DNA from: a bacterium
GTDB lineage: Bacteria > Patescibacteriota > Minisyncoccia > Phycocordibacterales > UBA2100
Length of the DNA stretch: 64,000 nt
Assembly (NCBI GenBank): GCA_009924895.1
Contig: RFQR01000002.1
Span: 65,368-129,367 of the forward strand
Direction: 5' to 3'
This document shows, piece after piece, positions 10,573-18,733 of this stretch (position 1 is its first letter; every line of letters begins with the position of its first letter). The position numbers and the translations under genes were made by a program. Under the pieces are notes generated by a model. That model was not told the DNA's origin, made no database searches, and was given only the letters and a program-made list of their open reading frames with translations.

Positions 10573-10914
10573 ATGATTTCATTCGATGATTTCGATAAGG
10601 TTGATATTCGATTAGGAAAAGTGATTGCCACGGAAGATTTTCCGGAAGCACGAAAGCCCGCAATCAAGCTCACTATTGATTTTGGTTCAGAAATTGGTAC
10701 AAAGCGTTCAAGTGCGCAGTTGATTGATGCGCACACGAAAGAGGAGTTAGTCGGCATACTGGTCATGTGTGTGGTGAATTTTCTATCGAAACAGGTGGGA
10801 CCGTTTGTTTCCGAGGTTCTCACCCTCGGCTTTCAAAATCATTCAGGTACGGGATGGGTGCTAGCGACGGTGACAAAACCACAGAATGTACAAATAGGGG
10901 ATAGACTGCGATAA
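10573..10914 (+). CDS. tRNA-binding domain protein (CsaA/Trbp111-like)
   Basis: VDIRLGKVI...ARKP motif of the EMAP/CsaA tRNA-binding OB fold. The ATG is 2 nt after the upstream stop. Confidence 0.7.
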   Translation: MISFDDFDKVDIRLGKVIATEDFPEARKPAIKLTIDFGSEIGTKRSSAQLIDAHTKEELVGILVMCVVNFLSKQVGPFVSEVLTLGFQNHSGTGWVLATVTKPQNVQIGDRLR

Positions 10915-10924
10915 TACGGCGACT

Positions 10925-11809
10925 ATGCAAGGGCCACTCTTTATCTTTATTGCAGCGGTGTTGTGGGGTCTCGATGGTGTGCTACGCCGCTCTCTGTATT
11001 CGCTCCCTGCGCCGACCATCGTCTTCTACGAACATCTTGTTGGGGCGCTCATCATCGCTCCTTTTCTCTATGTTGCGTGGAAGCATGAGGTATTCACCAA
11101 AAGGGAGTGGGGAGCGATGAGCATCGTTTCACTTTTTTCTGGCGCCTTAGGAACTGTTTTGTTTACCGCGGCATTAAATGAGACACACTTTATCTCATTT
11201 TCAGTTGTCTATCTGCTCCAAAAACTACAGCCAATTTTTACCATCGGCACCGCATGGTATGTGCTCAATGAGAAACCGACGCGCGCATATGCTCTCTGGG
11301 CTCTCCTTGCTCTGATTGCGGGATATTTTGTAACGTTCCCGGGTGGCATGGTTAATTTCGGAGAAGGAGGAGGATATATTCTTGCTGCGCTCCTCGCCTT
11401 CGGCGCTGCGGTGTGTTGGGGCTCATCAACTGTATTTTCCCGCTATGTACTTTTGAATCATTCAAATACCGTTGTCACCGGGCTTCGATTTTTGCTGACG
11501 GTACCGATTGCATTTTTGTTTGTCCTGCTTCTCGGTAAGACTGAATCATTCTCATCAGTCACACCGGTACAATTTGGGACGCTCGTATTTATTGCACTTT
11601 CGACCGGCATGCTCGCGCTTTGGATTTATTACAGAGGTCTTGCGGTCACGCCAGCACGCGTCTCGGCGATTGTTGAACTCGCGTTTCCCGTTACCGCAGT
11701 AGTGATAGACTATGTTCTTTACGGCACCATGCTCGCATTCAGTCAATATCTTGCCGCAGCAGTACTTCTCTTTGCGATGTATCGTATAGCGCAAACTGAC
11801 AGAATGTAA
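10925..11809 (+). CDS. EamA/DMT-superfamily transporter (about 10 TM helices)
   Basis: Polytopic membrane protein with duplicated EamA-like halves. Confidence 0.7.
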   Translation: MQGPLFIFIAAVLWGLDGVLRRSLYSLPAPTIVFYEHLVGALIIAPFLYVAWKHEVFTKREWGAMSIVSLFSGALGTVLFTAALNETHFISFSVVYLLQKLQPIFTIGTAWYVLNEKPTRAYALWALLALIAGYFVTFPGGMVNFGEGGGYILAALLAFGAAVCWGSSTVFSRYVLLNHSNTVVTGLRFLLTVPIAFLFVLLLGKTESFSSVTPVQFGTLVFIALSTGMLALWIYYRGLAVTPARVSAIVELAFPVTAVVIDYVLYGTMLAFSQYLAAAVLLFAMYRIAQTDRM

Positions 11810-11816
11810 TTGAAAA

Positions 11817-11841
11817 AGGGCGCGACAGTGTGTCGCGCCCA
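11817..11841. terminator. Bidirectional hairpin terminator (gggcgcgaca gtg tgtcgcgccc)
   Basis: Perfect 10-bp stem between convergent genes. Confidence 0.55.
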
Positions 11842-11847
11842 AGGGAT

Positions 11848-12168
11848 TCACCAGAGCCGCAGTTGTACCGGCTTTCGCCACGTATCGTCGGGAAGCGATC
11901 CCAACCGTGCTACGTAGTTTGCACGATACTCGTTGATAACCAAGACTACACAGCGTCGTATCTCCGCGTACTGGTGCGCGTTTAGGAGGATTGATTCTCC
12001 TGGTTGCATCCCAAAGCGGAAACGTCGAACCTCAATCAGGTTTTCAAGTGCAACCGGCATTCGGTGAGCGACCTGAAATGTGAGGTAGACGCCGTTACTC
12101 AGGACTATTTCTGCACTGACTCGGTCTACACGGCGAACGGACCACGGCTTTTGTGCGGGAATATGCAT
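11848..12168 (-). CDS. Hypothetical protein, possibly a PD-(D/E)xK-like nuclease fold
   Basis: ORF only. Weak nuclease-like hydrophobic core (VVLVINEYRANY). Confidence 0.35.
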   Translation of the reverse strand: MHIPAQKPWSVRRVDRVSAEIVLSNGVYLTFQVAHRMPVALENLIEVRRFRFGMQPGESILLNAHQYAEIRRCVVLVINEYRANYVARLGSLPDDTWRKPVQLRLW

Positions 12169-12312
12169 GGTGCCTCGTATTTTTTGTACGCATGCACTAT
12201 GATACGCTTCTGAAATTATAAAATATTTTCATAAAAAAGCAACAGCATACTCTCTTCACAAGAAAAGGAAAAAACGTACACTGGCGGTATTATTAAGTCC
12301 TAAACTCTTTTT

Positions 12313-12711
12313 ATGAAACCTTCACTCATGATGGGTATGAGTTCGATAGGAGTAGGATTTGTCATGATGGTTATGCCGTTTATGGCAAGTGCCACATCAA
12401 TCTACCCAGGAAATCAATATCAGTACTGGTGTGGTTCGTACTGGTCGCAGTACCCTTGTAATTCGCAGTATTACAATTCCCCATATTCGTACCAGTATCC
12501 GTATTACTACCAGTATCACTATCAGCAGCTGCAGCAGTATTACTACCCGTATCAGCAGTATCCGTACTACCAGTACAATAACAACTATCCGTACCAGTAT
12601 TCTCAATACGGTGGCTACAATAATTACTACACGGGGTACGATTATGGTAATTACTACTACAATGACTATTACAACAATAACTACCATTACGGCAACGGAT
12701 ACAACTGGTAG
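12313..12711 (+). CDS. Extremely Tyr/Gln/Asn-rich low-complexity secreted protein
   Basis: Signal peptide (MKPSLMMGMSSIGVGFVMMVMPFMASA) followed by about 100 aa dominated by Tyr (YQYPYYYQYHYQQLQQYYYPYQQYPYYQYNNNYPYQY...). Confidence 0.6.
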   Translation: MKPSLMMGMSSIGVGFVMMVMPFMASATSIYPGNQYQYWCGSYWSQYPCNSQYYNSPYSYQYPYYYQYHYQQLQQYYYPYQQYPYYQYNNNYPYQYSQYGGYNNYYTGYDYGNYYYNDYYNNNYHYGNGYNW

Positions 12712-12761
12712 TCGCGCATAGGTGCGTCCGTGAGAGGACGAAGCCGCTTTCTTTGTGTACA

Positions 12762-14012
12762 ATGGTCGCTATGGCAACCTTGTCTGAGACGCTTCGTGAG
12801 CGCGGATATACGTACCAATTTTCGAGCGAAACACTCGAAGAAATAACCGATGGTCCTAAACGCACCTTGTATCTCGGGATTGATCCCACTGCGGATTCTA
12901 TGCACGTGGGACAACTCATGAGCTTTTTGGTGCTGCGCAGATTTGTGGAGGCAGGGCACAAGCTTATCATTATTGTCGGTGGTGGCACTGGGATGATAGG
13001 CGACCCGGGCGGACGCAGCAGCGAACGAAATCTTCTCGACGATGTAACGCTTGCTAAAAATACCGAAGCGCTGAAAAAGCAAATCACAACCCTCGTCGGC
13101 CGCACTGACTTTTTGATGGTAAATAACGCCGATTGGCTCAAGCATCTCTCCCTCATTGATTTTCTGAGAGATGTTGGCAAGCACTTCACGGTAAATGAAA
13201 TGATAAAGCGCGATTCGGTGCGCCCGCGTCTCGAGACGCCGGATAGCAGTATTTCATTTACTGAGTTTTCGTACATGCTTTTGCAGGCATATGACTTCTA
13301 TTATCTGCACAAAGAATATGGCTGCGATCTGCAAGTAGGAGGGTCGGATCAGTGGGGAAACATTGTCTCGGGTATTGATTTCATTCGCAAAAAAACAAGT
13401 AACACCGCGTATGCATTTTCCTGGCCATTAGTAGTAGACAAAAAGACCGGAAAGAAGTTTGGCAAAAGCGAAGGAGGTGCCGTGTGGCTCGATAGCGCCA
13501 AAACCGCGCCATTTCAGTTTTACCAATTTTGGTTCAACATCGATGATGATATGGTGGAAGAGATGCTCCTCAAGATGACCGTGCTCTCGCACGAGGAGAT
13601 TACTACTGTCACACAAACACATGCGGCTAACCCCGGCGCGCGTGAAGCGCAAAAGCTGTTAGCTCGTTCGGTTACTGAACTAGTACATGGCGTCGATGCC
13701 GCTGTACGTTCGGAAATAGCGTCTCACGCGCTTTTTGGAGATATTGCTGCTCTGACGAAAGAGTCAGTAGAAATGCTTACACAAGGATTGCCGACAACAC
13801 CCGCGGTACCAGGGATTGCCGTTGTTGATGTCTTGGTATCTTCGGGACTTGCTTCCTCAAAACGAGAAGCTCGTGAATTTTTAGAGAAAGGGGCGATAGT
13901 AGTTAATGGTGCAAAAATAGAAGATCGCACATTGATAGAAGATGACTTCGTGCATGGAATAGCAATCATGAAGCGCGGTAAACGTGAAGCACGTGTGATT
14001 GTCCGTTCTTAA
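12762..14012 (+). CDS. tyrS: Tyrosyl-tRNA synthetase
   Basis: HIGH motif (HVGQ), KMSKS variant (KFGKS) and a C-terminal S4 domain. Confidence 0.95.
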   Translation: MVAMATLSETLRERGYTYQFSSETLEEITDGPKRTLYLGIDPTADSMHVGQLMSFLVLRRFVEAGHKLIIIVGGGTGMIGDPGGRSSERNLLDDVTLAKNTEALKKQITTLVGRTDFLMVNNADWLKHLSLIDFLRDVGKHFTVNEMIKRDSVRPRLETPDSSISFTEFSYMLLQAYDFYYLHKEYGCDLQVGGSDQWGNIVSGIDFIRKKTSNTAYAFSWPLVVDKKTGKKFGKSEGGAVWLDSAKTAPFQFYQFWFNIDDDMVEEMLLKMTVLSHEEITTVTQTHAANPGAREAQKLLARSVTELVHGVDAAVRSEIASHALFGDIAALTKESVEMLTQGLPTTPAVPGIAVVDVLVSSGLASSKREAREFLEKGAIVVNGAKIEDRTLIEDDFVHGIAIMKRGKREARVIVRS

Positions 14013-14015
14013 CTT

Positions 14016-14036
14016 AAAAGAGAGAGGGCGACCAAA
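14016..14036. terminator. Bidirectional terminator (gggcgacc aaaaa ggtcgccc)
   Basis: Perfect 8-bp stem flanked by A/T runs. Confidence 0.7.
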
Positions 14037-14051
14037 AAGGTCGCCCGACAT

Positions 14052-14267
14052 TCAATCGTGGTCGCGATTTTCATCAAAACCAATCCAGGGATCGCATGTG
14101 AATAAACCACCGCTTGCGCGGATAATTCGTGGCGATTGCTCTTCTTCTGACTCGAGATATTCGAGTTCGCAGTCATAGAAAACGTCTGACGCGACTGTTC
14201 CTCGCATGTATTGTCTCTCAACGCGCTTTGCTTCACGATCACGCCTTTCTATTTTGCGATTAGACAC
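14052..14267 (-). CDS. Small hypothetical protein (GTG start, AGAGGAG Shine-Dalgarno)
   Basis: ORF with a plausible ribosome-binding site between two terminators. Confidence 0.3.
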   Translation of the reverse strand: MSNRKIERRDREAKRVERQYMRGTVASDVFYDCELEYLESEEEQSPRIIRASGGLFTCDPWIGFDENRDHD

Positions 14268-14373
14268 GGCAATCTCCTCTGGTTGCGATTCAACTATAAA
14301 ACAAATACCATGTCAGTGATGAAAGAACAAGGAGTGTTTCAGTTGCAGAGTGAATATCAGCCATCGGGAGACC

Positions 14374-14459
14374 CCACAGGAAATCAGAGTTTCCTATGGG
14401 GCAAGAAATGGTATGCTTGATTTCCATGTCAAAACAAGGAGTTCAGCCATCGGGAGACC
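14374..14459 (+). mobile_element. 86-bp insertion in the uvrB 5' end, flanked by a 16-bp direct repeat (cagccatcgggagacc) and carrying 7-bp inverted repeats (ggaaatc/gatttcc)
   Basis: Direct repeat at 14358-14373 and 14444-14459. The upstream ORF fragment (MKEQGVFQLQSEYQPSGDP) matches the canonical UvrB N-terminus but is out of frame with the main ORF. Confidence 0.5.
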
Positions 14460-16429
14460 AGCCGGCGGCAATTGCAGCGCTTGTTGACGGGCTCAAGCAT
14501 GGCAGGCGCGACCAGACGCTTCTTGGCGTCACAGGTTCGGGGAAAACCTTCACGATGGCAAATGTGATTGCGCAGTATGGAAAGCCGACACTAGTCATTG
14601 CCCACAATAAGACCCTTGCCGCGCAGCTTGCTGCCGAGTATCGAGAATTTTTCCCCAGTCATGCGGTTCATTATTTTGTATCGTACTACGACTACTACCA
14701 GCCCGAGGCATATGTGCCCACGTCTGACACCTTCATTGAAAAGGAGGCAATGGTAAATGAGGACATTGAGCGACTACGGCATGCTGCTACGCAAGCGCTT
14801 CTTACCCGCAAAGATGTCATCATCGTTGCATCAGTTTCGTGTATCTATGGTTTAGGATCCCCAATCGAGTACGAAAAAGTAAACCTTAAGCTTGAGAAAG
14901 GGAAGCAGCTCACCCGTACAGAACTCACGCGGCGCCTCATTGGCATGTCGTTTGAGCGCACGACGGGCGACGTTTCTCCGGGCACCTTTCGCGCGCTTGG
15001 TGCTGGAGTAGAGATTATGCCCGCGAGTGAACGTGTTATTTATCGCGTTGATCTCTCGGGTGGTGTCATTGCGAAAATAGAAGAGATTGATGCGATTACT
15101 CGCGCGATAACCGGGACGCATGATGCAGTGTTTGTTTTCCCTGCACGTCACTACGTAACACCAACTGATGTGGTGGAAGCTGCGCTTGCTGACATGGAAA
15201 GCGAACTCACTGCACAGCTCAAGGAATTTGATACTGCCGGCAAAATCTTGGAAGCAGAACGTTTGAAGCGTCGCACACGTCAAGATATTGCCATGATTCG
15301 TGAGTTTGGCTACTGCAATGGTATTGAAAATTATTCACGCCACTTTGATCGCCGTAAGCCGGGTGAACCACCTTTTACGCTTCTTTCATACTTTCCGACA
15401 AAGCCTGACGGTTCTTCCGACTTTCTCACCGTGATAGACGAGTCGCATGTCACCATCCCACAAATTGGCGCGATGTATGCAGGAGACAGGTCGCGCAAGC
15501 TCACGCTCATAGAACACGGATTTCGTCTGCCAAGTGCCGTCGATAATCGGCCATTGAAATTTGATGAATGGGAAGCACGTGTGGGACCAGTACTGTATAC
15601 GAGTGCAACGCCGGGGCAGTATGAGCTCAAGAGAAGCGGTACACCCGTACAGCAAGTGATTCGTCCAACAGGACTTCTTGATCCGCAAATTGTGGTGAAA
15701 GGGGTGGTTTCTCAGGGCGAGTATCCAGGTCAGGTCCGGGATATGATTGCAGAAGCAGAAATAGTGACAAAGCGCGGCGCACGCTCACTCGTCACCGTCC
15801 TTACCAAAAAAATGGCGGAAGACCTCACTGAATTTTTGAAAGAGAAACAGGTGCGTGCACGGTATATTCATAGCGATGTAAAGACGATAGAGCGCATCGA
15901 GATACTAACGGATTTTCGTAAGGGGGTCTTTGACGTCTTAGTAGGCGTAAACCTCTTGCGCGAAGGGCTGGATTTACCCGAAGTAGAATTGGTAGGAATT
16001 TTGGATGCTGACAAAGAAGGTTTTTTGCGATCGGAAACATCGCTTATTCAAACGATTGGCCGCGCAGCGCGCAACGCCGCAGGACGGGTGATTCTCTACG
16101 CTGATAGTATGACGGGCTCTCTTGACCGCGCGATAGGGGAGACGAATCGTCGCCGCGAAATCCAAAAAGCCTATAACGACAAAAACGGCATTACGCCGCA
16201 GACAGTCTTGAAGAAAATCAAAGATATCACGGGCGATATTGCGCGCTCACGCGAGCGCACCATCAAAGAGCTAGCCTCAATGGATAAGGCGGCATACAAA
16301 GGCGGCGTCGCGAAGCTCATCAAACAGAAACGCCGCGAGATGCATGCGGCAGCTGATAACCTTGACTTTGAAACAGCTGCGCTCTTGCGTGACGAAATTC
16401 GCGAACTCGAAAGTAAGGCGGATAAGTAA
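14426..16429 (+). CDS. uvrB: Excinuclease ABC subunit B, main ORF. The canonical N-terminal residues are separated into an upstream fragment (14310-14420) by the insertion.
   Basis: Helicase motifs (GVTGSGKTF; DESHVT), a beta-hairpin region and a C-terminal UVR domain (LLRDEIRELE). Confidence 0.9.
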   Translation: MSKQGVQPSGDQPAAIAALVDGLKHGRRDQTLLGVTGSGKTFTMANVIAQYGKPTLVIAHNKTLAAQLAAEYREFFPSHAVHYFVSYYDYYQPEAYVPTSDTFIEKEAMVNEDIERLRHAATQALLTRKDVIIVASVSCIYGLGSPIEYEKVNLKLEKGKQLTRTELTRRLIGMSFERTTGDVSPGTFRALGAGVEIMPASERVIYRVDLSGGVIAKIEEIDAITRAITGTHDAVFVFPARHYVTPTDVVEAALADMESELTAQLKEFDTAGKILEAERLKRRTRQDIAMIREFGYCNGIENYSRHFDRRKPGEPPFTLLSYFPTKPDGSSDFLTVIDESHVTIPQIGAMYAGDRSRKLTLIEHGFRLPSAVDNRPLKFDEWEARVGPVLYTSATPGQYELKRSGTPVQQVIRPTGLLDPQIVVKGVVSQGEYPGQVRDMIAEAEIVTKRGARSLVTVLTKKMAEDLTEFLKEKQVRARYIHSDVKTIERIEILTDFRKGVFDVLVGVNLLREGLDLPEVELVGILDADKEGFLRSETSLIQTIGRAARNAAGRVILYADSMTGSLDRAIGETNRRREIQKAYNDKNGITPQTVLKKIKDITGDIARSRERTIKELASMDKAAYKGGVAKLIKQKRREMHAAADNLDFETAALLRDEIRELESKADK

Positions 16430-16490
16430 ATTGACAAAAAATCATAGGGGGGTGTAATAGGTATAGATTTTTCCAAGGAAGGAGTCTGTC

Positions 16491-16766
16491 ATGTCAGATC
16501 GTAAGCATATCGACTCGTTGCTCAAACACATCAGAGAGTACAAACCAACTCTTCTGCACTCCACGGGAGATACCTTTTTGTATATGCTTGCAAATAACTG
16601 GAAGCTCATTTTGCATGATGATTCTGTTCAGATGAGCGCACAGCTTATCGATCCAGAAGAACATCGTCATGACTCATGTGATTTGGGGCACATAGAGGAG
16701 CTTTCAACAAGCAGTAGCGCACACCTTGCACTCGGAGCGTACCTCTTTGATGAAATCCCATGGTAG
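16491..16766 (+). CDS. Hypothetical protein
   Basis: Strong ribosome-binding site (GGAAGGAG) upstream of the ATG. Confidence 0.45.
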   Translation: MSDRKHIDSLLKHIREYKPTLLHSTGDTFLYMLANNWKLILHDDSVQMSAQLIDPEEHRHDSCDLGHIEELSTSSSAHLALGAYLFDEIPW

Positions 16767-16821
16767 GAATAGGCGGGCAGTGCATTGTGCACTGCCCGCG
16801 AGCATGTTGTATGCTTGTCGT

Positions 16822-17742
16822 ATGCAGATTGCAGAACAGGTCCCGCTCAAAGAGTTCACCACCTTTCATATTGGTGGCAATGCCCGTTATTTTGTTGAGA
16901 TTGTGAACGAACAAGAACTGATTGGGGCGCTTTCATGGGCTCGAGAAAAAAACATCTCTTTTTTTCTCCTTGCAGGCGGTAGTAACCTGTTGGTCAGTGA
17001 TGCAGGTTTTGATGGTCTTGTCATTCGTATTAAAAACAAAGACGTCCACGTAGAAGGATGTGAGTTGCGTATTGATGCAGGCTGCAATTTACTCTCTACC
17101 ATTCGATCAGCGGGTGAAATGGGTCTTGGCGGCTGGGAAAAATTAGCAGGAATTCCGGGCACGGTGGGGGGTGCAGTTCGCGGCAACGCAGGTGCTTTTG
17201 GCAGTGAGATACAAGATTTTGTGACAACGGTTCATGCACTTAACACCATCACGCTAGAGACCAAAGATTTTCAAAATACGGAATGTGAATTTTCGTACCG
17301 GCATTCATTGTTTAAAGATCATCCTGAATGGATTATTCTTTTTGTGCAAGTCAGACTTGCACAATTAGAAAGTAAAAAGGTATGTGAGTCAATAGAAGAG
17401 ACGATTCGCGAGCGTGAGAGACGGCATTTGCAAAATGTCCGTGCGGCAGGATCGTTTTTTATGAATCCTGTTGCACCACAAGAGGTGCGAGATATGTTTG
17501 AAACAGAGAAAGGTGTGAAAGCCCGCGAAGGCCGGGTCCCAGCGGGGTGGCTTATCGAAAAAGTGGGGCTCAAAGGAGAGCGCCTTGGAGGTGCTATCGC
17601 CAGTTTGCAGCATCCAAACTACCTCGTGAATGAATCGGGACATGCGAGTGCTGAAGAAGTGCGCACACTCGCGACGAAGATTAAACAGGCAGTGAAGGAG
17701 CGGTTTGGGATAGAGTTGGAAGAAGAAGCAGTAATACTATGA
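16822..17742 (+). CDS. murB: UDP-N-acetylenolpyruvoylglucosamine reductase
   Basis: FAD-binding N-terminus (FTTFHIGGNARYFVEIVNEQELIGAL...LLAGGSNLLVSD). Contains an in-frame copy of the palindromic repeat at 17342-17364. Confidence 0.9.
   Translation: MQIAEQVPLKEFTTFHIGGNARYFVEIVNEQELIGALSWAREKNISFFLLAGGSNLLVSDAGFDGLVIRIKNKDVHVEGCELRIDAGCNLLSTIRSAGEMGLGGWEKLAGIPGTVGGAVRGNAGAFGSEIQDFVTTVHALNTITLETKDFQNTECEFSYRHSLFKDHPEWIILFVQVRLAQLESKKVCESIEETIRERERRHLQNVRAAGSFFMNPVAPQEVRDMFETEKGVKAREGRVPAGWLIEKVGLKGERLGGAIASLQHPNYLVNESGHASAEEVRTLATKIKQAVKERFGIELEEEAVIL
17342..17364. repeat. 23-bp perfect palindrome ttgtgcaagtcagacttgcacaa (copy 1, inside murB)
   Basis: Identical copy to the one at 37964-37986. 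Reverse-complement-equivalent copies at 50567-50589 and 50618-50640. Confidence 0.85.
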
Positions 17743-18272
17743 GCACGATAAAAACCAGAACCCATGAGCGAATGAAGGATGTGCTGATGAGCCCCGATGC
17801 TCCTGGCCCTGAAGCACACTATTACATGATTAGTGGTGAGGGAAAAAGGCCCAACGTAACGGTGTGGGAAACTGGCACGGTCGGCGGTGAATACATAAAA
17901 ACATACGGACATTACCACGAAGGCATGCTCAGCGATGTGTACGAAGTCCTTGATGGGGAAGGAATTGTTTTGCTGCAAAAACTCGGGAATATGGAAGGGG
18001 TTGTTGAAGAGTTTCGATGTATGCCATGTAAAAAAGGTGACCGTATACTTATGCCTGCTTTCTGGGGGCATGTCATTGTAAATACTGGAAAAACCTGTCT
18101 TGTCACACTCGATTCGAGTACAGGTAGTGGGAGTGCACGTTACGAGGAAGTAAAGCGTATGAATGGCTTCGCTTATTACATAAAGGAACAAAATGGAAAG
18201 CCGTTTCTTGTGCGCAATCCTCGGTATACTGAAGTGCAATTGGTGGATTATGGAGGGCTTTCCCACGAGTAA
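17739..18272 (+). CDS. Cupin-domain protein, possibly archaeal-type (cupin) glucose-6-phosphate isomerase
   Basis: TYGHYHE...YE metal-binding-like motif and cupin size. Confidence 0.4.
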   Translation: MSTIKTRTHERMKDVLMSPDAPGPEAHYYMISGEGKRPNVTVWETGTVGGEYIKTYGHYHEGMLSDVYEVLDGEGIVLLQKLGNMEGVVEEFRCMPCKKGDRILMPAFWGHVIVNTGKTCLVTLDSSTGSGSARYEEVKRMNGFAYYIKEQNGKPFLVRNPRYTEVQLVDYGGLSHE

Positions 18273-18339
18273 CCTTGCCTTCTTGTTTTGAAACGATACA
18301 GTGAGTCCAGGAGTGTGGCTGAGAAGAGAGGAGTGGACC

Positions 18340-18639
18340 ATGTCGTTTAAAAGCAGACGCCGGGTGCCGCTGCGCACCAACTTTATGGCAAGCGAGTGGC
18401 ACGATCGTTCTCGAATACCTCGTTTTCCCGTACCCGATTTCTCTCGGTTACCGGAAGATGACGCACAATGTGAAGGCTTGAAAGTGTTTCTGATTCGAGA
18501 ACACCAAAACCTTTTCGCATGCATTATATGTACGGTTGTGGGACCGGGTTCGCTTTCAGAGCACGGTCGGAAACTCCGTGTTCGATGCGGCACGAAAGGA
18601 ATCGTCGAGGTTCCGAAAAGCTGGCTGCGGCTTGCGTAA
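18340..18639 (+). CDS. Hypothetical Arg-rich protein
   Basis: AGGAG Shine-Dalgarno before the ATG at 18340. No motif. Confidence 0.3.
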   Translation: MSFKSRRRVPLRTNFMASEWHDRSRIPRFPVPDFSRLPEDDAQCEGLKVFLIREHQNLFACIICTVVGPGSLSEHGRKLRVRCGTKGIVEVPKSWLRLA

Positions 18640-18643
18640 AAGA

Positions 18644-18680
18644 AGGGTGAGCTTCGGCTCACCCTTTTTGTTTTTCACGT
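18644..18680 (+). terminator. Rho-independent terminator (agggtgagc ttcg gctcaccct + T9)
   Basis: Strong hairpin plus a T-tract. Confidence 0.75.
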
Positions 18681-18733
18681 CTCTTTGATATAGTGCATAC
18701 CTACCCCTCGCGCTGCCCTAGGGGCGAACTTGC

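Noticed and set aside
12380-13276. 298-aa minus-strand ORF overlapping the Tyr-rich gene and tyrS
   Set aside because: It is antisense to two well-supported genes. Its low-complexity composition mirrors the Tyr-codon repeats on the opposite strand, so it is a spurious shadow ORF.
18290-18640. Possibility that the Arg-rich ORF region is a structured RNA (tmRNA, RNase P or SRP)
   Set aside because: No conserved boxes were found on either strand (no GGAAAGUCCGGGC, no GGAAGCAGCCAAGG, no tRNA-like 3' end), and an AGGAG Shine-Dalgarno precedes the ATG. Left as a low-confidence CDS.
17619-18662. 347-aa minus-strand ORF
   Set aside because: Antisense to murB, the cupin gene and the terminator region. 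No motif. Shadow ORF.
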